64,000 nt of DNA from Alphaproteobacteria bacterium (GTDB lineage Bacteria; Pseudomonadota; Alphaproteobacteria; UBA8366). How positions within the stretch are numbered: position 1 is the stretch's first letter; each line of letters opens with the position of its first letter. A program made the translations under genes and the position numbers. The stretch is taken from NCBI GenBank assembly GCA_965228425.1, contig OZ245815.1, forward strand, positions 1,090,495-1,154,494, in the 5' to 3' direction. The notes below the pieces were generated by a model that was not told where the DNA came from, searched no databases, and saw only the letters and a list, made by a program, of their open reading frames with translations. This document shows, piece by piece, positions 25,274-33,887 of the stretch.

Positions 25274-26029
25274 CTATCGGGCCTCCCAGGACGGCGGGCG
25301 CTTCTCGACGAAGGCTTGCATTCCTTCCTTGGCATCGCGTGTTTGCAGCAGGCGGTCGAGAATCGCGTGCGCTTGCGAGACCGCTTCGTCATAGGGAAGG
25401 TCGATGGTGGAGAGGGTGGACTGTTTCGCCGCCTGGACCGCGAGCGGGGCGTTGGCGAGTATCTTGCCGGTGATCGTTTCGGTCGTGGCCTCGAGTTCGG
25501 ACTCGGACACGACGTGATTGACGAGGCCCAGCGCCTGCGCCCGGTCTGCCGGTAGCAAATCGCCCGTGAACATTAGCTCGAGCGCGATGTTGACCGGCAC
25601 CGCGCGCGCCAGCGACGAGGGACCTCCGATCGAGCAGATGCCGATCTTCGTATGCGGCCAGCCCATCCGGGCAGTCTCGGTAATGATCCGGACGTCCGAT
25701 CCCATCACGATACCCGCACCGCCGGCGAGGCACAGACCCTGCGCCGCGCAGACCACCGGCTTGTGGAAGGCCTTCAATCCGCGGAAGACCGGCGCAAAGA
25801 AATCACCGCCGGGCTCGGCCTGCCCGGATAGTTCCTTCACATCCTGTCCCGTGCAGAAATCATCGCCGCTGGCGCGGATCACCAGCAGCCAAACGGAGTC
25901 ATCTTCCCGCGCGTCGGTGAGATAACCCGTCAACGCATCGAGCCCTGCCTGATCCAGCGCGTTCTTCATCTCGGGCCGGTCGAGCGTGATTGTCGCGACC
26001 TTGTCCTCAACCGCGTACAGCACAGACAT
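25274..26029 (-). CDS. Enoyl-CoA hydratase/isomerase (crotonase) family
   Basis: 251 aa. VATITLDRPEMKNAL, FCTGQDV and AAQGLCLAGGAGIVMGSD are crotonase signatures. Confidence 0.88.
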   Translation of the reverse strand: MSVLYAVEDKVATITLDRPEMKNALDQAGLDALTGYLTDAREDDSVWLLVIRASGDDFCTGQDVKELSGQAEPGGDFFAPVFRGLKAFHKPVVCAAQGLCLAGGAGIVMGSDVRIITETARMGWPHTKIGICSIGGPSSLARAVPVNIALELMFTGDLLPADRAQALGLVNHVVSESELEATTETITGKILANAPLAVQAAKQSTLSTIDLPYDEAVSQAHAILDRLLQTRDAKEGMQAFVEKRPPSWEAR

Positions 26030-26051
26030 TGCTTGTTTCTCCCCCGTATCC

Positions 26052-27263
26052 TTATTCCGTCGCGTCGTCTTCGACCCTGACGATGCCGGCTTCGATCAGC
26101 GTCTCGATCGCGTTTGCCGACAGCCCGCCTACGTCGCGCAGGACCGTGCGCGTATCCTGACCGATCCGATGCCCGGCATGTTTCGCCCGGCCGGGGGATT
26201 CGGATAGATGCGGCACCGGTGCGGCCATGGTGATCGAGTCCAGGTCGTCGTCCGGCACCGGCACCAGCATGTCGCGCGCCTTGTAGTGCGGGTCGGCGAA
26301 GATGTCGGCCATGTTGAAGATGCGGGTCGCCGGTACCTGCGCCGCGCCCAGCCGGTCTTCCAGATCCGTCAGCGGCAATCCCACGGCCCAATCCGCGACG
26401 ATCCCGTCGATCTCGTCGGCATTTTCGTTCCGGGCCGCCGCCGTCTTGAATTTGGCGTCGTCGGCGAGCGCCGGTTGTTCCATCACTTCGCACAGCCGGC
26501 GGAACACCGAGTCCGCGAAAGCGGCGATCAGGATGTATTGGCCGTCGCCGGTGGCGTAGAGGTTGTTCGGCGTCGCCCCCGGCATCCGCGAGCCGACCCG
26601 CTCGACGACGGTGCCGAGCTTGTCGAAATTTTGGGCATAGGGCTCCATGAAGCTGAACGCGCATTCGGAGAGGGCGGCGTCGATACACTGCCCCTGGCCG
26701 GTCAGGGCGCGGTGGTGCAGCGCGGTGAGCACCCCGAACGCGCCATAGAGGCCGGTGATGTAATCGGTGAGCGCCGTCGCCATGCGTCCCGGCGGCCGGT
26801 CGGGATCGCCGTTGATGTAACGCAGCCCGCTGACCGCTTCGCCGATCACGCCGTAGCCCGGCCGCTGCGCATAGGGGCCGGTCTGGCCGAATCCGCTGAT
26901 TCGCAGCATCACGAGACGCGGATTGATTTCGTTGAGCGCGTCGTATCCCAGGCCCCATTTCTCCATCTGGCCGGGCCGGAAATTCTCGATGAGCACATCA
27001 CTTTCGGCGGCGAGCTGCCGGATCAGGTCACGGCCCTCCTCCGTGCGCAGGTCGATCGCGACGGTGGACTTGCTGCGGAAGAGGCTGGCCGCATACAGCG
27101 ATTTGCCCTCGAAACTGTCGCCGACGGCGCGCAGGGTGTCGCCCGCGACATCCTCGACCTTGATGACCTCGGCGCCGAAATCCGCCAACAGCCGGCCGCA
27201 AAAGGGGGCGGCGATCGTCGACCCCAACTCCAAGACACGAAAGGAAGAGAGCGCTTCAGGCAC
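26052..27263 (-). CDS. Family III CoA-transferase (CaiB/BaiF type)
   Basis: ORF 26052..27776 has a 171-aa Arg-rich non-homologous extension. The GTG at 27263 gives 403 aa starting VPEALSSFRVLELGSTIAAPFCGRLLADFGAEVIKVED. It lies 22 nt upstream of the crotonase gene. Confidence 0.85.
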   Translation of the reverse strand: MPEALSSFRVLELGSTIAAPFCGRLLADFGAEVIKVEDVAGDTLRAVGDSFEGKSLYAASLFRSKSTVAIDLRTEEGRDLIRQLAAESDVLIENFRPGQMEKWGLGYDALNEINPRLVMLRISGFGQTGPYAQRPGYGVIGEAVSGLRYINGDPDRPPGRMATALTDYITGLYGAFGVLTALHHRALTGQGQCIDAALSECAFSFMEPYAQNFDKLGTVVERVGSRMPGATPNNLYATGDGQYILIAAFADSVFRRLCEVMEQPALADDAKFKTAAARNENADEIDGIVADWAVGLPLTDLEDRLGAAQVPATRIFNMADIFADPHYKARDMLVPVPDDDLDSITMAAPVPHLSESPGRAKHAGHRIGQDTRTVLRDVGGLSANAIETLIEAGIVRVEDDATE

Positions 27264-27376
27264 GTCTGTGTGTTCCGTCTTTGATTTTTGGTTCCGGTGA
27301 ACGATACCACTCGAAACCCAAAATCCACCAACCGGACGGGCGGATCGCTGCGCCCTCGGTAGCCCAGGAAACAGGT

Positions 27377-28375
27377 TTAATCGGGAAGGCCGAGCCAGTC
27401 GCGGCGGTAGCGCCGCCACTCCGACGCATCGGTGGTCCAGTTCGCATAGATCGCGACGCCGGGAGACTGCAGCATGCTTCTGGACGCAAGGCCGTTGCGA
27501 ATTCCCCTCAACCCCGAACGCATGTTCTCGGCGCCGGGCCGGAAGCTGAGGCGGTTTTCCTCGTAGGTGGGCACGCCCATGAAAACCGTTACCCGACCCG
27601 GCGTCAGCGCGAGGATTTTCCGCGTCTGCCAAGCCACCAGCGTGCCGTAAAGCCAGTCGGTCGGAAGTCCCGTGTCGTACATCATGACGGCGACCTGATC
27701 GACGCGGCCGCTGACCGCGCGATGGTAGGCCTGGGTCCAGAATCCTGCATGCGTGCCGGCAGCCTGCGTGAGCCATGCGAGGCCCGGAAGAGGTTCGATC
27801 TCGTCGGTCGCCATCGAGAGCACCGCGCCGCGGTCGCGGGTGATGCGCCGTGTCTCGTCCAGCAGTGAGAGGAGATGCGGGTTACCGCTGCTGGGCTCGA
27901 TGTTGTAGTGAATGCCGCCGAACCCGAGATTCAGGAATTGCCGTGCCGTCGTGACGATCGCTTGGCGGACGGCCGGCTGCGACAGATCGAGCGGTCCGCC
28001 GCCGCGCTTCTCGACCTGTCCGATCCAGGCTTGGACGCGAAGTCCCGGCGCATACCGCCGCATTTCCTGGATCAGCCGACCGGCCGCGGGATACCGGCTG
28101 GGATCGATCGTGCCGTCGGCCAACAGCGGGCCGACATGGAAGAATCCGTCCGTGAATTTATGGCGGATCAAATGCGCCGCGAGATCGCGATAGGCGCCGG
28201 GTAATTGCAGCGCGCCGACCCATTTATGCGCGAGCCAAACCGCATTCGGGCCGAGTACACGGCGCGGCGGCGCAACGTCGCGATTGTAATCGACATACGC
28301 ATAGAGGAGTGCGGCAGACGCTAGCGTCACCGATAAGAGTACCGCGGCAACCGCAATACGACGGATCGCTCTCAT
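27377..28375 (-). CDS. Membrane-anchored hypothetical protein (possibly a glycoside-hydrolase-like TIM barrel)
   Basis: 332 aa with the N-terminal anchor IAVAAVLLSVTLASAALLYAY. Segments such as FGGIHYNIEP and VAVMMYD are reminiscent of GH-like (beta/alpha)8 proteins. The family assignment is uncertain. Confidence 0.55.
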   Translation of the reverse strand: MRAIRRIAVAAVLLSVTLASAALLYAYVDYNRDVAPPRRVLGPNAVWLAHKWVGALQLPGAYRDLAAHLIRHKFTDGFFHVGPLLADGTIDPSRYPAAGRLIQEMRRYAPGLRVQAWIGQVEKRGGGPLDLSQPAVRQAIVTTARQFLNLGFGGIHYNIEPSSGNPHLLSLLDETRRITRDRGAVLSMATDEIEPLPGLAWLTQAAGTHAGFWTQAYHRAVSGRVDQVAVMMYDTGLPTDWLYGTLVAWQTRKILALTPGRVTVFMGVPTYEENRLSFRPGAENMRSGLRGIRNGLASRSMLQSPGVAIYANWTTDASEWRRYRRDWLGLPD

Positions 28376-28443
28376 CGTGCAATCGTGTCCGAATTTCCCG
28401 CCGATTTCATGGCGGCCGTTGGGAGTTTCGGCGGCACACGCGC

Positions 28444-28479
28444 AAACGAAAACCGGGGAGGGCGCGACGCCATCCCCGG
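28444..28479 (-). terminator. Rho-independent terminator of leuA
   Basis: On the minus strand, CCGGGGAUGGCG-UCG-CGCCCUCCCCGG (an interrupted long stem, plus coordinates 28453-28479) is followed by UUUUCGUUU. It starts 25 nt after the leuA stop. Confidence 0.7.
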
Positions 28480-28504
28480 TTTCAATGTCTAACGTGCGGC
28501 CTGA

Positions 28505-30175
28505 CTACGACTTCAGTGCCCGGTTCACCGCGCAGGTTACCGCCTGGAGCGACGCCGTCACGATGTTCGGGTCGCGGCCGACGCCGTAGATCTTCTCGCC
28601 ACCGACCTCCGCCTCGACGAAGGCGATGGCCGTGGCGTCCGCGCCCATGCCGACCGAATGTTCGCTGTAGCTATAGACCTTGATGCCCTTGCCGGTCTCT
28701 TTCGTCAGCGCATCCACATAGGCGTCGATCGGGCCGGTGCCGCGGCCTTCGATCGTCATCTCGCCGCCGTTCTTCTTCACGGTGGCGGTGAGGCGGCGGA
28801 TTTCCGACGCGTGGGTGTCGGGGATCGTCTGGTGGTCGACGAAGCCGTAGGGCGATTCGGCCTTGAGGTATTCGGTCTCGAAGGCCGACCAGATGTCTTC
28901 CGGCTTCTGCTCCTGACCGGTGTCGTCGGAAATGCCCTGTACCACGCGGGAGAACTCGATCTGGAGGTTGCGCGGCATCTGCACGCCGTATTCCTCCTCC
29001 ATGATATAGGCGATGCCGCCCTTGCCGGATTGGCTGTTGATGCGGATGACTTCTTCGTAGACCGCGCCGACGTCTTCCGGATCGATCGGCAGGTAGGGCA
29101 CGTCCCATTCGCCGCTGTTCGAATCCTTCATCGCCGCCAGGCCCTTCTTGATCGCGTCCTGATGGCTGCCGGAAAACGCGGTGAACACCAACTCCCCCGC
29201 ATAGGGATGGCGCGGATGCACCGGCAACTGGTTGCAGTATTCGGCGGTCGCCCGCAGTTCGCGCATGTTGCGCATGTCGAGTTCGGAATCGAGCCCCTGG
29301 CTCACCATGTTCATGGCCAGCGTGATGACGTCCACGTTGCCGGTCCGCTCGCCGTTGCCGAACAGCGTGCCTTCGATCCGGTCGGCCCCGGCCATCACGC
29401 CCAGTTCGGCGGCGGCTACGCCGGTTCCCCGGTCGTTATGCGGATGCAGCGACAGCACGACCCGGTCGCGGTTCGTGAAGTTGCGGTGCATCCACTCGAT
29501 CTGGTCGGCGTAGATGTTGGGCGTCGCCACCTCGACCGTGGCCGGCAGGTTGATGATGGTCTTGTTCGACGGGCTCGCGTCCCAGATGTCCATCACCGCT
29601 TCGCAGACCTCAAGCGCGTAGTCGAGTTCCGTCTGCGTATAACTCTCGGGCGAGTATTCGTGGATGACCTCGGTCTCCGGCACCGTCGGGATCAACTGCT
29701 TGATCAATTCCGCCCCGTCGGTCGCGATCTTCTTCACGCCCGCCCGGTCTTCGCGGAACACCACGCGGCGCTGCGTCGTCGACGTCGAGTTGTAGAGATG
29801 CATGATCGCCCGCTTCGAGCCCGCGATGGACTCGAAGGTGCGGCGGATCAATTCCTCGCGCGACTGGGTCAGCACCTGGATCGTGACGTCTTCCGGGATC
29901 AGGTCCTCGTCGATGATCTGGCGGACGAAGGCGAAATCCGTATCCGACGCGGAGGGGAAGCCGACCTCGATCTCCTTGAAGCCCATCTTGCAGAGCGTCT
30001 GGAACATGCGGAGCTTGCGCTCCGGTCCCATCGGCTCGATCAGCGCCTGGTTGCCGTCGCGCAAATCGACGGAACACCAGGTCGGGCATTTGGTGATTGT
30101 CTTGCTTGGCCACTGCCGGTCCGGCAAATCGATCTGCGGGAACGGCTTGTATTTCTCCACGGGCATGAAGGCCAT
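28505..30175 (-). CDS. leuA: 2-isopropylmalate synthase (long, LeuA type 2)
   Basis: 556 aa with AGGAG upstream. YKPFPQIDLPDRQWPSKTITKCPTWCSVDLRDGNQALIEPM, LHPHNDRGTGVAAAELG and GNGERTGN are diagnostic. Confidence 0.93.
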   Translation of the reverse strand: MAFMPVEKYKPFPQIDLPDRQWPSKTITKCPTWCSVDLRDGNQALIEPMGPERKLRMFQTLCKMGFKEIEVGFPSASDTDFAFVRQIIDEDLIPEDVTIQVLTQSREELIRRTFESIAGSKRAIMHLYNSTSTTQRRVVFREDRAGVKKIATDGAELIKQLIPTVPETEVIHEYSPESYTQTELDYALEVCEAVMDIWDASPSNKTIINLPATVEVATPNIYADQIEWMHRNFTNRDRVVLSLHPHNDRGTGVAAAELGVMAGADRIEGTLFGNGERTGNVDVITLAMNMVSQGLDSELDMRNMRELRATAEYCNQLPVHPRHPYAGELVFTAFSGSHQDAIKKGLAAMKDSNSGEWDVPYLPIDPEDVGAVYEEVIRINSQSGKGGIAYIMEEEYGVQMPRNLQIEFSRVVQGISDDTGQEQKPEDIWSAFETEYLKAESPYGFVDHQTIPDTHASEIRRLTATVKKNGGEMTIEGRGTGPIDAYVDALTKETGKGIKVYSYSEHSVGMGADATAIAFVEAEVGGEKIYGVGRDPNIVTASLQAVTCAVNRALKS

Positions 30176-30594
30176 GGTCTTAACTCCTGTCTGTCTTCGG
30201 CTGCGTCTTTACCGATTTATGGGGTGTTCGTAAACCGCGGCGCGGCTACGGCCACCGGGAGGCCGCTTCAGTCCCGGCGACCGCCGGTAAGTCGCAGCGA
30301 CAGGATCAGCCCGGAAACCGGGCCGATGGGATGCGCACCAATGCCGACACCCCGCGGGGCGGAGTCGGACTCAGGCTGGAAATCTGGAAAGGAAATCATC
30401 GAACGGAACCTTGTTAACCGGCGGAAATACCAGGACGAACGGGCAACCCCGACGCTTCAGAGCGTCGGGCCTATAAGTCGCAGGCCAAGCAGCCGGGTTC
30501 CGGTTCCGATAATCATGCGGCGGACTGTAGGCCGAAATGCGTGGGATGGCAAGGGGTTGGCTCGTTGCCCGGCAGGTCCGACTTTCGCCGTCCC

Positions 30595-31194
30595 TCACAT
30601 CGCCAGATTGAACGACACGCTGATCCGCTCGTCGTCGGTGGCGCTGGGTCTCACGCTGTGGCGCAGGCAGCTGCGGAACAGCACGATCATGCCTTCCTCC
30701 ACCGGCATTTCGAGCGCCATCGAGTTGAGGGCGTTCATCTCGGTATAGGGCGGGGCCAGCATCTCGCCGTCCATCGGCGAGTGAAACATCAGCCCGGAAC
30801 TGCCGGGCGGTGCTTTCACGTAGTAGCTGCCGCTGATCAGGTTGTTGGCGTGCAGATGGACTTCCTGGCCATCCTTCGGTCCATAGATGTTGAACCAGCA
30901 GTCGCTGATCCGAAGCGGGTATTGCCGGTGGTCGAGCCGGAGCGTGTCGGCGAATTCAAATGCTTCCCGCAGGATGATGTCGCGCAGCGGCGCGAATTCC
31001 GGCATTTCGTGCAGTTGGTCCGCGCTGTTCAACGTCGTATAGACGCTCGATACCCATGAATCGGGCCGGGCGTTCGGCGTTACCGCGCGGATTTGTTCGA
31101 TCGTCTGCAGTAAGGTGCGATTGAGTGTTTCCGCGTCTTCTACTTCGCTGATCTGTACAACCGAAGGGAAGATCGTCTTGAGTTGGCGTCCCAT
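30595..31194 (-). CDS. Small cupin-type 2OG-Fe(II) oxygenase (TIGR02466 / 2OG-FeII_Oxy_5-like, named from memory)
   Basis: ORF 30595..31287 trimmed to ATG 31194 (AGGGAA upstream), giving 199 aa. CWFNIYGPKDGQEVHLHANNLISGSYYVKAP...GLMFHSP...GMIVLFRSCLRHSV shows the HxH/N...H facial pattern of this family. Confidence 0.7.
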   Translation of the reverse strand: MGRQLKTIFPSVVQISEVEDAETLNRTLLQTIEQIRAVTPNARPDSWVSSVYTTLNSADQLHEMPEFAPLRDIILREAFEFADTLRLDHRQYPLRISDCWFNIYGPKDGQEVHLHANNLISGSYYVKAPPGSSGLMFHSPMDGEMLAPPYTEMNALNSMALEMPVEEGMIVLFRSCLRHSVRPSATDDERISVSFNLAM

Positions 31195-31394
31195 AGCGTT
31201 CCCTGTTCGCGATATTCGGAGACTTTTGTCCCTCTCATTCGCGGTGTCTCGGGCTCGGCGCCCCATTTTCGCTGTAAATTGAGTCATCGACGAAGCGCGT
31301 AAAAAGCCCGACAGCGCGCCACGACAATCGATTTACGGAGGGATAGTAGGCCAAATTCTGCTGAAGCACCACTGAGAGTAGCGGTGCAATGGAA

Positions 31395-32537
31395 TTACAC
31401 GTTTGCTGCCGCATGCAGGTTTTCATTCCGTCCGACATGGCCGCCATGCAAAGACGGCGCCTCGGCGGGGAAGGGGCGCGATCCTGTGGCGCGGAACCAA
31501 CTGTCATGCACCAGCACGTGCGTGCGGATCGTCGGCCAGACGACGTCGCCGAGGAATTTCTGGTCGCAGTTGAAGGTCTTGGTGCCGCTTTGCAGGTACG
31601 GTGCGTAATGCGGGGCAAGATCCGGCAGGAGGCCGCCGGTGCCGCCCCACATGCCCGCCAGCAAAAGGTCCGTATGGGTGAAGTAGTCTCGCATCGCGTG
31701 AAACGGCACGCCGCTGTCCAGCCACGCCGAGACGGCGGCCGCCTCGCGCGGGTTGATGACGCTGTCCGCGTCGCGCACGAGGAAACGGTCGACGGCCGGG
31801 TCGGACGCAACGTCGAAGCGCCAGAACAAACCCTCCAGGAAGTCGCCGCCGTCGTCTTTCAAGATCACGTCGGCCTTTGCCGCAAGCAGGGCGGCGATCG
31901 TCGCGCCGGGCACGTCGCGGCCGCAATAGAAACGGCAGCACCAGCCGGGATAGATCCGCGGCGCGACCTGCGCGTTGCGGACGGCGCCGTCGAGATAGCG
32001 CGGCGTCTGTCCCCACAGGCTGAAGGCGATGACGTTGCGGCGCGACCGGTCCGGCCGGAATGCCGGTGCCCGCGTGTCGGGCAGCGCGCGGAGCGGGGGC
32101 CGGGCGGCAGCGCGTTCGTCCTTCAGGGTCAGCGCGCGCTGGCCGTGATGGCGGGCGCGCACATGGTTGCCGAGACGGCCGTACAGCTCGGTCAATCCGT
32201 CGTGGATTGCCGGGCGGCCGGGATGCAGGATGCGCACCCGTTCGAGCCAGACCAGCGCTTCCATGAGACGCCCGGTCGACATGAGAAGGCGGGCGATATT
32301 CTGCATCGTGTCCGCATCGCGCGGGAATAGCCGATGCGTTTTCTGCAGACAGTCGAGGGATGCCCCGTAATCACGCTTCGCGAAGCGGTACAGCAAAAGC
32401 AGCTTGTGTTCGTGCAGGTCGGGCGCGTCCGGGTGCGCCCGGATGAGCGCGGCCATCCGGTCGGCGGCGGCGTCGACGTGTCCGCTGACGTAGAGTTGCT
32501 GAATTGCCTCGCGCGTTTCGATGCGATGCGCGTCCAT
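31395..32537 (-). CDS. TPR-repeat protein fused to an uncharacterised DxD glycosyltransferase-like domain
   Basis: 380 aa. The N-terminal ~130 aa are helical TPR-like repeats. The C-terminal ~240 aa contain NVIAFSLWG, YPGWCCRFYCG, FLVRDADS (DxD-like) and HAMRD...LLAGMWGG. Confidence 0.6.
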   Translation of the reverse strand: MDAHRIETREAIQQLYVSGHVDAAADRMAALIRAHPDAPDLHEHKLLLLYRFAKRDYGASLDCLQKTHRLFPRDADTMQNIARLLMSTGRLMEALVWLERVRILHPGRPAIHDGLTELYGRLGNHVRARHHGQRALTLKDERAAARPPLRALPDTRAPAFRPDRSRRNVIAFSLWGQTPRYLDGAVRNAQVAPRIYPGWCCRFYCGRDVPGATIAALLAAKADVILKDDGGDFLEGLFWRFDVASDPAVDRFLVRDADSVINPREAAAVSAWLDSGVPFHAMRDYFTHTDLLLAGMWGGTGGLLPDLAPHYAPYLQSGTKTFNCDQKFLGDVVWPTIRTHVLVHDSWFRATGSRPFPAEAPSLHGGHVGRNENLHAAANV

Positions 32538-32736
32538 CGGTTCGTTCGGCTCGTGACCCGGATGCGCCGTGACGGCGCCTGTCCCGCGACCGTATCCCCG
32601 GCGTCTTAACGCGGGGTAAATGCGGATTGTTGCGCGGACACCCGTCTCGTCGGGCAGACCTGCTGGGAACCGGAGTTTCCGGGCGGTCGGCTTTCAAAAA
32701 TACGCACGGGCCGGAACCTGCGCGCCCGTCCCGCGC

Positions 32737-33804
32737 TTAGTTCAGCCGCAGATCCAGGATATGCTGCGGGCTGGCCTCCAATTCGCCTTTCTCAACCCGC
32801 TTCACGATATCGGTCAGCGCGGCGTTGGCCGGCGTGTCGATGCCGATTTCCTGGGCCTTGCCCACGATGAATCCGTTCAGGAACTCGATCTCGGTCCGGC
32901 GGCCCTTGACCATGTCCTGCCCCATCGACGGGCGGTGCGCACCGCCGCCGGGCTTGTTGGCCTCTTCCAGGCGGTGGGCGTCGTATTCGGCGGTGGCCGC
33001 CGAGTCGCCCTCGCCGGCGCGGGCGATGATCTCGGGATCGATATGATGGATTTCCTCCAACTGATAGCCGAGCGCCTGGCCGACCCGGATCGCCTCGCTG
33101 CCGAGGCGCGCGCCGAACCCGCGCAACACGTCATTGGTCAGGATGTCCTTGCTGATCAGCCCGGTGCAGGCCGACATGCCGTTCGCCATGGCGTTGGTCA
33201 CCAACTTCGACCAGCGTTCGCCCCACAGGTTGTCCGTGACCTTGGCGGAGTCCGACAGCGCGACCAGCCGGTGCACCTCCTTCACACGGTCGGTGATGCG
33301 GCCGTGCACCTCGCCGACACGGAACACCGTGTGGCCTTCGCCTTTCTTGCCGCTGGCCCGGCGGACATGGCCCGGCTCGCAGATGTCGACGGTGATCGAG
33401 CTCGCGATCGATCCGACGACCCGGCCCCAACCTACGACGCCAGCGATGGTTTCCTCGTTGATGCAGTTCTGCAGCGAGACGATGAACCCGCCGGGCGAGA
33501 GATACTGCTGGATCATGGTGGTCGCCCAGGCGGTGTCATAGGACTTCACGCAGACGAAAGCGATATCGATGGGGTCCTGCTTGCTGAGGTTCTGAAGCTC
33601 GGTGATGTGCAGCGCCTTCAGCGGGTCGGTCGACCATTCCGGGACGTCCTGGATATGGCTGATCTTCATGCCGTTGCTGCGCATGGCGTCGACATTCTCG
33701 GGCCAGAAATCCACGAAGGTGATGTCCTCGCCCGCCTGCGCCATGTGCGCACCCGCGTATCCGCCGACCGCACCCGTTCCGACAACCGCTATCCGTGGAC
33801 CCAT
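32737..33804 (-). CDS. 2-dehydropantoate 2-reductase (ketopantoate reductase, ApbA/PanE) family oxidoreductase
   Basis: Trimmed to ATG 33804 (GAGGAG upstream), giving 355 aa. MGPRIAVVGTGAVGGYAGAHMAQAG is the Rossmann GxGxxG, followed by the family C-terminal domain. Confidence 0.8.
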   Translation of the reverse strand: MGPRIAVVGTGAVGGYAGAHMAQAGEDITFVDFWPENVDAMRSNGMKISHIQDVPEWSTDPLKALHITELQNLSKQDPIDIAFVCVKSYDTAWATTMIQQYLSPGGFIVSLQNCINEETIAGVVGWGRVVGSIASSITVDICEPGHVRRASGKKGEGHTVFRVGEVHGRITDRVKEVHRLVALSDSAKVTDNLWGERWSKLVTNAMANGMSACTGLISKDILTNDVLRGFGARLGSEAIRVGQALGYQLEEIHHIDPEIIARAGEGDSAATAEYDAHRLEEANKPGGGAHRPSMGQDMVKGRRTEIEFLNGFIVGKAQEIGIDTPANAALTDIVKRVEKGELEASPQHILDLRLN

Positions 33805-33887
33805 CCGTCTCGCTCCTCTTCCGGCAAAAACATTGATTTTTTGCACCGTAAGACGGATCGGGAGGTGCTTGCAAATTCGCGGCTCGG

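Noticed and set aside
30230-30594. Possible RNase P RNA or another structured RNA gene in the leuA upstream gap (minus strand reads GGCGAAAGTCGGACC, reminiscent of the GGAAAGTCCGGGC P4 element)
   Set aside because: The match is only partial. The complementary ACAGAACCCGGCTTA-type 3' element is not at the right distance, and other universally conserved RNase P segments are absent. I kept the region only as a candidate leuA leader.
28658-30748. 696-aa plus-strand ORF antisense to leuA and extending into the leader region
   Set aside because: leuA homology on the opposite strand is unambiguous. The antisense translation is low-complexity (Arg/Asp/His/Val-rich) with no recognisable fold.
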